Source: Moniliella sp. 'wahieum'
Taxonomy: Eukaryota
Direction: 5' to 3'
Length of the DNA stretch: 64,000 nucleotides
Assembly (NCBI GenBank): GCA_003971905.1
Contig: RSEE01000062.1
Coordinates: 1-64,000 of the forward strand
The notes under the pieces were generated by a model. It was not told where the DNA came from and did not search any database. It saw only the letters and a list, made by a program, of their open reading frames with translations. Positions within the stretch are counted from its first letter, which is position 1. Every line of letters starts with the position of its first letter. Below, in pieces: positions 28,234 to 41,678 of the stretch. A program made the translations under genes and the position numbers.

Positions 28234-29361
28234 TCATGTATTCCCTTCGGGATTCCATGCCAGTGCCTGAAGTGCCATGGCGACCGCCCCTTCATAGGTG
28301 AGGCTGCCTCCGATAAAGCCGTGGCATGAACAAACGTGCAGTCGGGAATGCCAGTAACGCTGGCTATCACATCGTCTCTCAACCCCCGCCACGGCTTTGG
28401 CAGCGCTTTGCGACACGCAAAGCTCTCTGGTGACTCGGGTACGGCTTGTACGCGCCAGGGCCCTGTTCGTCCGGGTATAGCACATAGAGGATGGGCCGAT
28501 CCACAGCCAGAGCGCGCTCCCAATTGAACAGGTGCTGTTTCCACGGAGCCGCACAGGGCAGCACGATTACCTGTCCCTCGACACCGGGTACCTTGCTGGT
28601 GCGCGTCAACATGGCTTCATGTACCACGGCGCGTGCGGGAATCCAGGAATGCACCGTGTCTTCCACCATGTCCCAAAACTCTTGCCCGGCCATCGCGCTG
28701 GCCTGAGCAAACTTGGTGTCTAACTCGGCATCGGTCACCGCTTGGTTCCAGCGCGGGTTGAGCCGCTTAATGCGAGAAGAAAGGTCGGTGCGAATGGAAT
28801 AGCGGGAAGGCGGGTTGCTACGTGGGATTCCATTGTCAATCGCGTCAATGGATTGGACCACATCGTCGTAGAGCTTGATCCAAACTGTCTCCACCTCGAG
28901 TGGGGTCAGATGGGGAAAGTTGTGTGCGAGGATGTCTTGGCCAAAGTGTCTGGGAGTGTTTTCCATTTAGTTTTCACGGCGAAGAGGGGAGGGGGGGGGA
29001 GGACACGACGTACTTCCACACCAGGCCAGCCGAAGAGAGACGCACCGTATGGGCGGCGTCAAAGGTGGAGTCGAAGCTACGCTGGTGGTGGTCAAAGCGC
29101 AGGGTGGATGGATCGTACACGCCCCCCACGTCCAGGACGAGGGCTGCGCGATCCAGCAAGGCGGGGTCGCGGGTGCGGGTGAGGGCGAGGGAAGCAAAGC
29201 GTGGTGGCGGCGGACGAGGGCGACGGCGAGCGCCTCGTCGGCATGGAAGGAGCCGTTGTGCGTGGCCAGCTCGATGGGCGGGTGTGGCTGGGTGCGTAAA
29301 GCCGGCTGGGGCAGCCGCGGCGGGGCCGAGGTGGACGCGCAGCGGCGCGCGTGGCGGCCAT
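28234..29361 (-). CDS. MYG1: MYG1 family exonuclease (UPF0160)
   Basis: LATHNGSFHADEALAV, RTRDP, LDVGGVYDP, FDHHQR, LSSAGLVWK-HFG across an intron at ~28946-29012, IDAIDNGI, LPKPWRGLRD, FVH..GFIGG. Confidence 0.93.
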
Positions 29362-29680
29362 CGCACGGCAGTCGCATGGGCATTCGCATTGGCAGTCGCA
29401 CGGGCATTCGCACTGGCAATGGGCTCGGCATTCGCATCGGCCTAACGCACAGGAAGCACACCCAGCACCCACCGCTAGACGGGCGGGAAGAATTTGAAAG
29501 TGGCAGATGGCGCACGTGCCGAACGTCCGCTGCTGCCCAGCGCCTGACGTAAGGCGCCAGCGCAGCCGAGGCGGACGCTGCCGACGCGTTTTGTCAGCGG
29601 ACGCGTGCTAGGGTTGGGGGCGCCAGCAGGGCGCTGGGCAGGCAGGCACTGTGGACCGCCGCGGCGGGGGACGAGTGAGC

Positions 29681-29733
29681 GAGGCAGAAGCGAGGCCAAG
29701 AGGCAGAAGCGAGGCCAAGAGGCAGAAGCGAGG
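29681..29733. repeat. 19-bp tandem repeat, about 2.8 copies, in the MYG1/ATP19 divergent intergenic region
   Basis: gaggcagaagcgaggccaa repeated. Confidence 0.85.
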
Positions 29734-29772
29734 GCGGCCGCTGTTCTTCTCACCCACCGCCGCTTGTTCGCC

Positions 29773-30236
29773 ATGGTTGCTACTACCCCCGTCTTCGGTG
29801 CGTCTTGCTGCTGCGCCCGATCTCCGCCAGTGGGTGGCAGGCAGCCCCAGCCGGCAGTCCTCCCTGCCGCCCCGCTCGGCTGCTGCTGCTGCTGCGCCCT
29901 GCCACCACGGCCCCGTCCCCGCATCCTACTGACTCTCCCTTTCGTCTGTCCCTCTCTCCGTCCCCCAGGCCGCGAAGTGTCCAAGCCGCTCCTTTCCGCC
30001 GGCATCCTCGGCCTACGGCGGGATCGCCTTCTTCATGAGCCGCCCCAAGGCCGGTACCGCCCCCGGCCCCACTGAGCCCGTCATCTCGGCCTCCAGCACG
30101 TGCGTATCTTCCCCCCCCGCGCTCCCGCCCTGCGCACATACTAACGTGAACGTGCGCGCAATAGTGAGGAGGAGGACTTTATCAAGAAGTTCGTCGCCGA
30201 CGCTGAGAGGCCGAGAAGGCAGCGGGCAAGCACTAA
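29773..30236 (+). CDS. ATP19: Mitochondrial ATP synthase subunit k (Atp19-like), 3 exons
   Basis: MVATTPVFG|REVSKPLLSAGILG..FFMSRPK..EPVISASS|EEEDFIKKFVADAE; matches the fungal Atp19 pattern P.I.ASS.EEE.FIK.F; GT-AG introns visible. Confidence 0.75.
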
Positions 30237-30620
30237 GTGTAAGTGTATACCGGCCTCACTAGGCTTCCCATCCCCTTGCCCTGGGCACCTCTCCGTAAGC
30301 AGCTCCCGCACGCCATCGCTTCCAACAGGGTTTGGCGTGGAGGGGCTGCCATTCGTAGCAGCGTAGCTCTGCTTTCTAGTGGACGAACATCGCGCAGGCA
30401 CATGGGACCACGTCCCACGGTCAAGCCAAGACCAGAGCAAACTGCTTTCGGACTGAGTCGGATGCGGGGTAGAGGATCTGGTCAGTCAATCAATTTAGTG
30501 AGGAAACGTTGGCGGCATCATGTTGCATGTGGAGCAGGGCGCAGGTATATACTGGTGTATTGTCATGGGGGGTAGCCAAAAGGTCGAGGCACGCTACGGG
30601 TGACCGGAAAACGAAGCAAA

Positions 30621-31246
30621 TTAAGCAGCACCCAAGGGCAGCCAGTGCGCCCCCAAGCGCAAGGAACCAGCTAACTGCCCCGTGGGCGCGGGGACAAGGC
30701 AGTCGTACGGGAGAGCCATGGTTCCATCCCCATCGTAAGGCGAGCAATCGGACCAAAGACCGTCCGTCGTGCCACGCCAATGGCTCATGCGCGGGCGAGA
30801 ATTGACCCAATCCGCTTCAAGGTCCGATTCCGGTTCATCAAAGCACGGGGGAGTGAAAGAACCCATCTGTCCTTTCGCATGCGACGAGACAGAGAGTTGG
30901 CCCTCTCGGCCCTCGTCAGGCAAGGTTGTTTTCTCTCGGGAACCCAGACCGTTACAGCAGGTACCGGTGTATGCACGTATAGGCTTCAGAAGTTAAGGGG
31001 GGCGACGACCGGGTGGTAAGGCGTCGCGGCCTACGTACTACAGGGCATTGCAACCCCCTCGACACCGCTGGCGCCATTCTCTCCCTTCCGCGGACGAATC
31101 TCTTTTTGTGTGTTGGCTGATGTAGGGAGACAGTGAGAGAAGAGAACGCCGAGAGGGATGTCTGTCGATGATCAACCTCCCTCCTTCCGTAAGGCCCTGT
31201 TTGATTGACTTGTAGCGCTTACAGGGTGTATCGGGCGTGTGTACAT
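30621..31246 (-). CDS. Possible hypothetical protein (frameshifted)
   Basis: Protein-like ORF ending ..FDEPESDLEADW..LPLGAA*; no family recognised. Confidence 0.25.
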
Positions 31247-31634
31247 GTGCGGAAGGAGTTGGTGGCAGCGTTTTGTGTGTGCCTGCTACTCGTACGGCGA
31301 TGCCTCTATCATACGGTAGGCTGTGACAATATGCATTACTTTAGCTTCAGGAAGAAGATTTGGGTAATGTTGAACGTTTTGAGGACGTTGAGGTCTACCC
31401 CGCAGGATGACTCTCATTCTTACGACTGTCTGTGGCCTGTGTCCCAACGGCACTTTGTCAAGCTTCAAGTCAAGTGAAGCTTCAGATCGACTTCAGACCT
31501 AATACAAGCTCCATCTGAAGCTTTCTTCAATTTGTTTTGTCCCTGTTTCGCAATGGGGGTCTGTGGTAGCGCCTGGCCCGTTGAACGTGTTGAACGCCAA
31601 TACGTTACTGTGGGTGTCGTTACCTTGTAGCGCT

Positions 31635-32058
31635 TTACACATCAGAGGATACTTCGGTTCCGGGAATAAGCGCTTCAGCGGTTAGCGCAGTGGCTATTAC
31701 GGCCGACCCCAACCCCAGGACAAGCAGCATGCGAATATTAACGACCCAGCAAATCAACTCCCACGCGACAGTGGCAATAATGCTCCTGCGCTCACTCTCG
31801 CCTCCTTCTGTCTGAGACGCGGGGGAAATGAAGACTTCCCTGGTGCGGCAGCATCTCAGCCCCGGCAGCCGGCAAATCCCGGGCCGTGGGGAAGCCAAAG
31901 CGGAAGACAGTATGCTCGTGCGTGCTGCTCTGTTTAATTGCTCCCACCCGTCCGTCACTTCGGTCCTCGGCAAGCCCCTGCGCGGGCCATCCTTGTCCAT
32001 GGAATCCCGTTAACCACGCGTCCGGGCGGGGAGGGGGTGGGATAAATACGTTGTCCAC
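31635..32058 (-). CDS. Possible small protein with C-terminal hydrophobic helix
   Basis: IIATVAWELICWVVNIRMLLVLGLGSAVIATAL; divergent from the acyl-CoA dehydrogenase gene. Confidence 0.3.
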
Positions 32059-32153
32059 GCTGCCGGCCGCGCCTGTGTGCGTCTGCCGTGCATCTGCCTT
32101 CGCCTCCGCCGTCTCTGCCGATTGGTACCACCTGTTCGTTTCTGCTGCCAGGC

Positions 32154-33572
32154 ATGCCTCTTCCCGCTGTTGCCCATGCGCTTGCCCGCACCGCCGCTCG
32201 CTCGGCTGGGCCCGCCGTCCGCCTGGCGCCCACGGCGGTGCGCGCCTTGACTTCCTCGGTGCCCGCGCACGAGTTTGACTCGCCGTTTGGCATCAACTCG
32301 CTCAACAAGTTTCCGAGGAGGAAGAGATGCTGCGCGACTCGATCCGCTCGTTTCCCAGGAGGTGATTGCACCCAAGGTGGCGGAGATGGACGAGAAGGAG
32401 CTGATGGACCCAGCCATCATCAAGGGCCTGTTTGAGAATGGCTTTATGGGCATCGAGACGGATCCGGACTATGGTGGAGCGGGATCGTCCTTTCGGCGAT
32501 CATTGTGATTGAGGGTACGTGCGTGCGATGGGTGGGGTTCTTTCCTTCCTGGCTTTGCTTTGCTTGCCTTGTCTTGCTTTGTCTTGTTTTTCGTGCTTTT
32601 TTGTTCTCTGTTTCTGTTTCTCCGTAGTATGCTAATCTGTTGTCCTTCCAGAGCTGGCCAAGGTGGACCCTTCTGTGTCGGTGTTGTGCGATGTGCATAA
32701 CACGTTGGTAGCAACGGTGATGCGCAAGTACGCCAACAAGGCCCTGCAGGACAAGTACTTACCTTTGCTGGCCGAGGGTACACTTGGCTCCTTTGCCCTG
32801 TCGGAGCCGTCGTCGGGGTCGGACGCGTTCGCGATGAAGACGTCGTACAAGAAGGACAAGGATGGCTCCTACATTCTCAACGGCAACAAGATGTGGATTA
32901 CCAATGCTGCCGAAGCAGGGTTCTTTATTATCTTTGCTCAGGGCGACCCGTCCAAGGGTACAAGGGCATCTCTGCCTTTGCCGTGGAGAAGGAGCAAGGA
33001 ATTGAGATTGCAAAAAAGGAGAAGAAACTGGGTATCAAGGCGTCGGCGACTTGCACGCTGAATTTGGACGATGTCCGGGTCCCAGCTGAGAACTTGATTG
33101 GCGAGGAGGGGAAAGGGTACAAGATTGCTATTGAGATCCTGAACGAAGGCCGGGTAGGCATTGGTGCCCAGATGCTGGGTCTGGCCAGGGGGCGTACGAG
33201 AAGGCTGTGCGGTATGCGCTGGAGCGCAACCAGTTTGGTCGCCCCGTCGCCTCGTTTCAAGGCATGCAGTTCCAGATGGCCGAGGTGGCGATGCAGATTG
33301 AGGCGTCGCGTGCGCTTGTGTACAATGCAGCACGGTTGAAGGAGGAAGGTCGACCGTTTGTGGAAGAAGCGGCGATTGCCAAGCTGTTTGCTGCTAACAC
33401 TGCGGAGCGTGCTTCGGCTCGCGCTGTCGAGTGGTGCGGCGGAATCGGGTTTACCCGCGAGATGGGCATTGAGAAATACCTCCGTGACTCGAAGATTGGC
33501 CAGATCTACGAGGGCACCCACAACATCATGCTCGAGACGATCTGGAAGCTCCAGGTGCGCAAGTTCAAGTAA
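32154..33572 (+). CDS. Short/branched-chain acyl-CoA dehydrogenase (ACADSB-like), mitochondrial
   Basis: GLFENGFMGIE, VLCDVHNTLV, SFALSEPSSGSDAFA, LNGNKMWITN, KEKKLGIKAS, LNEGRVGIGAQMLG, RNQFG, RDSKIGQIYEGT; intron ~32515-32652. Confidence 0.95.
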
Positions 33573-36500
33573 ATGTAAATGCACAGCGATCAGTGTTGTC
33601 GCAAAGATCGTCTATCGCGTATATTGGTGGGATGAGACTTAGTTATGGCAGGGGCCGTGAAGGGCATGCATAACCACCCACAGGTCAATGGATGGCGAAA
33701 GGGTGTCACCTCTATTGAGGAATACACAGGCATGCAAATATCTGAACCACCAGTTAAGAGATGATCGATACTCCGCGCCGCTTGTGCACTGCTCGCGTTT
33801 TCTCCTTGCGAGTTCGTTGCGCCACCCACATACAGATCGCTGGGAGGTGGGAGAAAGGCCCGCTTGACGGAGGAATAAGCCCTGAAATAAGTCTGGCAAC
33901 TTCCTCATCACTAACACAACTCACTGGTGATAGCCCAGTTGTAATGGGGTGAAACGAAAGGGGACTCAATCCACGATCTATATAATAGACCAAAAGCAAC
34001 ATATGCTCCGTTTCACACAACGGAGTACATCGGTTTGTTCAACGTCGTTCAGACGAGCTAGCTTGTTAGTGATATCGATGCAATTCCGACAAGGGGGACA
34101 AAAGGGCGAGCGTAGGCGCTGGGCCCGGGGTCTGCAATCGCACAACGCGCTGCAGAACTAAAGGATGCGTATTCAACCGTTTAGAGGAGATGAAGGATGC
34201 CAATTCAAAAGAACCACAATACCCTCAATATCATGGGCTGATTGCTAACCGCTAACTGCTCTTCAGAAACCCATTCTATTTCCGTCACGTTTCATAGGTT
34301 CCAACCTGTGGCGCTTCTTCTCCGTTCACTACACTATCAATCATCGCGCCCGAGTCTTCCAATCTATAGACACTCATTTCTTGTCCTAGATGTTCTCATT
34401 CCTTTGCTGTGGCTTGTGGGTGCGTCTCCCCGGCATATATAGGTGTTCAATGTTAGAGAGAGGGAGAGGACGACGACAGCTTGCCAGGTGAATTTTCCAA
34501 CTTCGGGCCTACGTCATCTATCGCTCCCCTTGTTCTAGAGATCAACATAAATTGACACCCTTATTCTCTTGGTCCTCACCCGGTAGGCTATCTCCACCCG
34601 CCGGCATTGCTGATACCCCGTCCCAAAAGGCTACTGATACCATCGACGGTACTCGCATTATCAGTTATTAATAGTGACGCACAAAGAGGCCGCCCAACCG
34701 CAAGACACGTACAGAAAGGTCAGAACATATCCTGAGACGCTAATGACGAGCCGCAATGGCAAACTGAGAGGGAGAGAGGGGTGCACACGCATTTTGCCAA
34801 TGAACAGAGGCCACGTATATCCAACACACACCGTGAAATGTTCCTTTTTCGCGGACGATTAACATGAGAGCTAGGATACACGATGCACCCTCGATCTGTT
34901 TTTGACGCCGGTCTGGGCGCGCTGTTCGGTGACCGAGAGTAATACGGACGGTGAGCTATAGCGCCAAGAAAACAGATTTTGTATATTCTTGGTATCCCGC
35001 CCCCAGTGTCTGTGGTCCAGGCAGAACGAAGAGGGCACTGCCGAACCTCCCTATACCGTGATTCAAGCTCGCCCCAATTTCCCTGCTTCCTGTGTACACT
35101 TCGTCTCGTTCTTCCCTTTTTCCCTTTTGCTCTTTTTCTCTCATTACTGTAGATGGAGATGAAGAAGGAAGGGGACGGATCATATTCATTTTCTGAGAAG
35201 CGGGGACCAGGTGAGCTGAGTTTCATAGAGAGAAAGATGAAATCTGATCGAGAGCCCAGATCGGAGAATTTAAGCACCATGATGAACGTCGAGGGAGAAA
35301 TCAGGGTCTGCAGAACAACAAATCATCGCTCACATTATTGTCAGCGGGTGTAGCCAAGCTGGTGACTATATGTTTGTGACCAAATATGTTTGTGATCCTG
35401 TCTGATTCCGTGACACTCTTGTTCCTTGTCCGAGATGCCTCTTATTCCCTCTCAATACGAGTGGTCTTTCGTCACGCGTCACTCTCCCCCCCGTTTTTGA
35501 CTGTGGACCCTTTGGTTTCCCTCGTGTGGTAGCCCCGCCTGCAACATCAAACACAACCTCGGGACAGTGACATTGACATGCTACTTTTGGGACGTATCAT
35601 CATGCGGCACTGGGAGACGAAAAGCACACGTGCATACCGCGATAGAGACACGTGTAGGAAGTAGGCAACTCGAGAGGGACCACATGCTATAACAGGCCAC
35701 AACCTCGTGTTCAATACGTTCAACGTTCAACACGTTCACGACACATTTAGCCGCTTAGCGTGTGTTCAAGAACGTTCAATTCAATGGCCACTAGTCACTA
35801 GTCATGCAAGATCGCACCGCGTCTCGGTGAATTGCGTATATCTATCTATACATCGCGCATCTATTAACGCCCAGGAAGAGCTCAAAGAGCAGCAAATGGG
35901 AATGGTGGTCGATGGAGATCAAATTGCTAAGGCGGTGGCGAATCCAAGTCATCATGGAGTCGGAAACGCCACGTCAGAAAACATCACACGCGCATCACAT
36001 GATGTCACTCGGAAGTGACCTTGGCCATAAATGACCAGAGGTCAACAGCATCTTGGCTTCAAATCGCTCAAGACCCTAAGAATCCCGAACGGAGTAATAC
36101 CGATGAGTGTACTGAGGTACTGAAGCGTGGAGCCTGAAGTTAAAAGGCCACACGGGCTTGGCAAAAGCAATTTCAGGTACATATAACTAGAAACCTGAGG
36201 CTGAGGCCTGACGCTCAGCCTGACGCAACCATCTCGGTCCCCTTTCGTACCTTATTGTTCGCAATATGCATCATCTCCGACGTCCAGGTGCTCCGGCGTT
36301 CTGGCTGTCCACGCTTCGTCAATGTCACACGAGGAATGTCAACAGCAGAGAGCTAGGGACTTGATGCGAATGGACGCTGGGGTTCCGCAGGGCTTCGGAG
36401 GGTTTTCTTGGTTTAGTTGGAGGTTGGGGCAGTTAGGGCTTGGCAGACCGCAGACCGTCTCGGGTGCGTGCTTTACGTGGTTAGCTGCGCTTGAAGTTTA

Positions 36501-38151
36501 CTGGGGCCGCCGGCGAGATTGCTGCGTGTGATGAAAACGTTCGACGTTAATCCAACTCTGACGGCCACCCGTAGAACTTGGCATGGACGACCTGCGGGGG
36601 CAGCTTGAAGAAAGGTACGTGAGACGGAAAGGCCTCGAGGAAGAAGTGACCTGGGGGATGTCGTCGGGGCCGTCGGGGCCGTCGGGGCTTGGCATCGGCG
36701 AGTGTGAGGGACTTAGGGTACTGAGTACTGTTTGCTGAATGAGAGCATGGTGGGCACTACTGAATGGCCCAGTGCATAGGCATAGGTATTTTTGCGAACA
36801 GGAAAGGCCAGGCGAAGAAAAGAAACATCGGTAGCTGGCCGATGGTGTGGCTGGCAGATGGCGTGGGCGAGTGCACTGCGGGATTCGGCAATCGATAATC
36901 GACAATCGGTAATCGAAATCCACGCTGCTCTGGCTGGATTCTAGCAGATCCTGATGCGAGAGCCGATGGATCTGGCCCTGTCTGGCCCGCCTGGCAGGCG
37001 TTGGTCGTCCATACGCCGAGGCGAGGCAGCCCCTTGTCCCTCCAGCACCGCAAGAGAGGTGCGACTCCAGGCACCTGGCCGCACTGATTTCGAGGTACCG
37101 CGCCCGCAGACACATGCCCTGCATCACGAACCCTAGGCCTGAGGCTGCCGCGGAGCCACAGGAGCTGGAAGAAAACACGATAAGGGCATGGGGGCAGTGT
37201 GAGAACCCCGAGTGCCGCTGCCGCGCCGCCCGCTGCTGCGCCAAGCTCCAGCTCCACGGCACAGAGTGGAATGCTGCAGTGGGCGCGAGTAGTGCAGGCA
37301 GGGCGGGCTTGTGCGGCAGGGCGGGCAGGGCGGGCAGCGCGGGCAGCGCGGGCAGCGCCACAGGGCGAGCGTCCGTTGGGCGCTGCCTCCGCAAGCGAAC
37401 CGGTCAGGGGGGTTGCTGGGGGCACGGCGGCTGCGTGCATGGCGTGGGCCTCGGCAGGCAGATGGCACTCCAGCCCAGGCACGGTGCGACTGTGAGATAT
37501 CGGCGGCTGGCGAGCGAGAATGGCTGCCGCTTGGCGCTGAGTGTGATGGAACGGGGGAGCGCAGCAGCAGCACACGCGAGCCGCTCGCCCTCGGGGAGGG
37601 CGTGCTGGTGCTGCGCATGCGCGCGCTGGGCGGTGGTGAGCGGTTCAGCACTAGGGAGCACTGAGTGCTCCGACTGAGCGCTGAGGCTCAGCTGCGGCGC
37701 TGCAGCAGGCGCCAGCAGGCTGCGGCGTGGTGCCGTCGGCGCGAGTGCCAAGAGTGCAGCAGCACTGGCGCCATGCAAGCTCGCGTTTGGCGCACGGGGG
37801 CACACTAAGGCGCGCTCGCCGACGAGGCCATGCCGCGGCGGCACGGGGGCAGTGCGAGTGCTGCTAGCATGCGTGCTGGTCCAGCGCAGCAACTCGGGCC
37901 AGGGGGGCGGTGGGCCCAGGGTCGCCCAGAGAGGCCTGGAGATGGACTGGGCTGGCCCCAAGAGTATATAGCAGCGTCTGCCGGCACGCCTTTTGCCTCC
38001 CTCCGATCGCTCCACCGCTGCTTGCCTCCTGTCTGCGCCCCACCACCGCTTGCCTGGCTGCCACCAGCATCTTCCTGCCCTTCTTCCCCACCCGCACCCG
38101 CCTCCTCCCCGTCTGTTGCTGGTGTTCGCCCAAGCGCAGCTGCGTGCCACC

Positions 38152-40251
38152 ATGTCTGCTCCCATGCCTGCGGCCCCGCCTTTGCCCCCGTCCACCCGCA
38201 CCTCTACCACCACATGCCAGCCTACGCCCCCTCTGCCTCCTACTCCCACCCTGCCCCCCCCCCCGCCACACAACTAGCGGCCTCTGCCAGGATGCCCCCC
38301 GCCCACCCCGCCCCGATCCCGGGCTCTTGGCGCACGCCCGGTCGTGCTTGGACGGCCGAGATGGACATGGCTCTTGTCCGTGCCTTTTCCCATCACAGCA
38401 ACCCCTCCCCTGCGGGCCCACCAGTATGTCCTCCTTCTTTCCTCTCCTCGGATGCGCTCCGACAGGAGGTCCGGGTCCTTAGCCTAACTCGTCTTGCCAG
38501 CCTGCACGTAACTTTTGGCCAGCTGTAGTCAAGGACATGCTCTCGGCCAATGCGCCCATCTCCCTTTCCCACGAGGACGAACGCGAGATGTGTGACTCGT
38601 CGCGCCACAGGCTGAAGCGTCTGCGCCAATACGCTGCCCAAATCCGTCTTATTCTTCACCATCCCTCGGGCACATTTACTTGGAACCCTGTTACCGCCCG
38701 AGTGATCCCTGCTCATGCTCCTCCCGCCGACGCGGCGGCTTGGTCGTTGATTGGCAATGTCAAGCTGCGTAACCGGGTGCGGGATGGCGTCTTTGCCTGG
38801 TACCCGCTCTTGGTTCAGCACATTGACGAGGCCGACTTGAAGCAGGCGCAGACGCCCACTTTGTTCGCCACCTCGGCCCCGTCTGCGACTGAGCAGTCGC
38901 GCAAACGCCGTTCGACCGGCCAGTCCATTTCTTCCTCCACTTCTAGCGACGAACCCACCACACCGAGTGACACGAACGAAGACCACCCTCACCCCAAACG
39001 TCCTCGTCACGCCAGTGTCACTCGCTCCGAGTCGGATGACGAAAGACCCTCGCTGCGCCCGAACCTTCCAAAACTGGCGCCCTGACCACCCTGGGCAAGG
39101 GGAAGCGTACCTGGACTACGGAACGGGATGTAGCGCTGGTGCAGTGCTACATGGAGAACCGTGCGCTGATGCCGTCTGAACCGACGGTCCGACCAACGAG
39201 CAGTGTGTGGCGCAGGATTGTCCGCTCCGTGTTTGGACCCGCGTTGACAGTGGGCGAGCGGGGGCTGGCGACTCGGCCCGGCACCGTCTGAAGAAACTGA
39301 AGGGGTACGCAGCGCAGGTGAACAAGCTTCTTTCGGCGAACGAGCGCATGTTTGTGTGGTCTGACAGGGAGGCACGTCTGCATGTCGCGCCCGGTCTCGA
39401 GGCCGAAACGACCTGGGGCAAGATTCGCAACCCGCAAGTGCGCAACCGGTTGATGCGCGCACATTACCCGTGGCTTCGCATGCTTGCCGTCTCGGATGCC
39501 GACCTACCTTCGACCTTTTACTCCACTACCTTGGGCCCAGTACTTTGACCCCAACCCTGCCGCTACCGCACCCACTGCTCCTGCACCGGGCACGCTTCGC
39601 ACCTTTGATCAACGGTTCCTTCCCCCTCCCGTTTCCGGGTCAGGAGCAACAAGGGATGGGTACTCTTATCCCCGCTTCACGTACCGTTCGCCTCCCTCGT
39701 ACCACCTTCCCCCGCCTCGCGCTTCCCCCACCCTTCCCGGCCCTACCATGCACCGTCCCCCCGCTCTACACGACCCTTCGCAGCACGCTGTTCTTCCTCC
39801 GCTCCAACCATTGAACGTGCGCCGCTCCCCCCCGTACGCGCGTTCCCCTCCGTACGTGCGGTCACCCGGAACCGACCGGTACGCGCCCAGCGGCCCCGTT
39901 CGTCCTACCTCAACGCTCCCCCCGCTCCATTCGCCCGTACACGGTGGTAGCAACCACGCCGGTAAGGGTGCCAGTGCGGCGGCTTGCTCTGCGCCCCTTG
40001 CCGACGACACGACGGTGGGCAGTGTGACGCGCAGCTCGCGCATCATCTTGACGGATTTGGAGCAGGGGTTGTTTTCGGCCGAGGTGAGTCGGCGGTACCT
40101 GTTGCTACTACCGGCGCTCACCCCGGCGCAGCGCGAACTGTTTGAATCGGTGCGTCAGTTTGATGCGGCTGGCGAGCAGAGCACCCACAGCACCAACCGA
40201 GCCCGCCAGGCATATGCGTTACTCAACGATTGGTTGGTGCCTGAGGCGTGA
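38152..40251 (+). CDS. Protein with two Myb/SANT-like domains (Myb_DNA-bind_3 / PIF-Harbinger ORF1 type)
   Basis: Repeat 1: RAWTAEMDMALV..DSSRHRLKRLRQYA..FTWNP..AWSLI..RNR..FAWYPLL. Repeat 2: RTWTTERDVALV..VWRRI..DSARHRLKKLKGYA..FVWSD..TWGKI..RNR..YPWLRML. Intron from ~38425; frameshifts at ~39080 and ~39545. Confidence 0.7.
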
Positions 40252-41678
40252 AGTTACGCATAAGGCTTGGCTAGGCTTCATTGCTTAGGTTGTATTTTGT
40301 TTTGGTCACCCCAGCTTCATGTTGTACCCGGTATTCCTGCAAGACAATTCTTATTACTATTCATTTTGTGGGCTTTCGCGTGGCCGAGGGTAGCATTCCA
40401 TAGCTCTTCAGGTACCTCTCTACTATTTGCTAATCACTAGTTGCTAGTGACCGGAGTTAGTCGGTCGATGGCTGGATGGTGTGGCTCACTGGGCGACTGC
40501 CCCAATGAAGCTCGATGAATCTGGAGGGAACGGGACCGACGTGATCAAAAGGTATCGGCCTTGGGGTATTATGCTTGGATGGGGTGGACAGTGAAAGTGA
40601 ACAGCAAAAAGCAGATTCATAACACACGCCGACCTGCGATTCCTAAGGACACTGGACTCCACTACCCTCACCACTGCCCTCCCATCTCATCAGATTTCTG
40701 AGCAGGGTGTCCCTCCTCCGTCTCTTTTCTTCGCTCAAAGTCAAATATACTAACCCAACCCACAGGACCAATTACGTCCCTAACACCACTGCAAGGCGAG
40801 AGAGACCAAGTCGACACGCAAGGAGTCAGGCAGGCAGTGTCAGTAGCCAGGCAAAAGCATATCAGTCAGAGGGGAGCATCGATGGCTTAGGCTTTGTTTG
40901 TGGCGATTCAGCAGCAGGGCGGAGAGGCTACGGTTGACGGTACAAGAGGAAAGCGAAGCGACGGCACCACAGTCAACTAGGTCAGCTCGTGGGTAAAGAA
41001 GAGAGCTGAAAAGAGCTGGATGACCGACGTTCCTACTCAGCACCGTGAGAGGCACACGAATTGGAGCTGGAATCTGTTTCCCAACCAACAAATACGTGAA
41101 TTTCCGGTACTTCTTAGCGTATTCTGCCAGCCATTGGCAACCGGGAATGAGTCACACACTACTACTAGTACTACATCCGATATATGTGCTTCGCTCCGTG
41201 CTATAGCTGCTACCGGGGGGGAGCAGGGGCTAGCCTTCAGCTGAATGTGAACAAGTGGGCGAAAAGAGGAGAGCCCAAATAAGCAGGGGTGCTAAGATGA
41301 AGGGTAACGGTTGCAAGTCCATTCGGTTGAGCTTGAATGGCCCCACCTTGCAGCGGTGGGAACATGAGGAGAGGGGATGAGGTATGTACAGGACAAGGGA
41401 GGAAGAGGGAGGCGGGGGGAGGGGGAGGCGACAAACGTGAGCAAAGAGCAGAGCCAATGGTCAGAGGCAAAAGCAACAAGCAAAGCAAAGCAAAGCAAAG
41501 CAAAGCAGAAAACAACCAACCATTGTGCCATATCAAATAGCGACGCAAATAAAGGGAATCCACAACAGCATGCGACATAGAGCAAAGGGGGGAAGGCAGA
41601 AGAGGAGGGGAAAGGAAGGCCTCAAGGGAACGAGAGGAGGGAGGGTAGATGATTAGGCTTAATAGGGGGGGGGGGGGG

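Noticed and set aside
31607..31945. SRP RNA (Alu-like UGUAG fold; cttgtagcgctt(t)aca also at 31209)
   Set aside because: No intact helix 8 (only CAGG-ACA-AGCA), no poly-T terminator, and a plausible minus-strand ORF overlaps it. An Infernal search would settle it.
34451..34864. Solo LTR (TGTTA...TAACA ends)
   Set aside because: The flanks (ttcaa versus tgaga) give no target-site duplication and there is no second copy in the window.
36498..38150. Long GC-rich ORFs on both strands (also 53759-55058 and 396-2130)
   Set aside because: Low-complexity Ala/Arg/Pro/Gly shadow ORFs are expected at this GC content, and no domain is recognisable.
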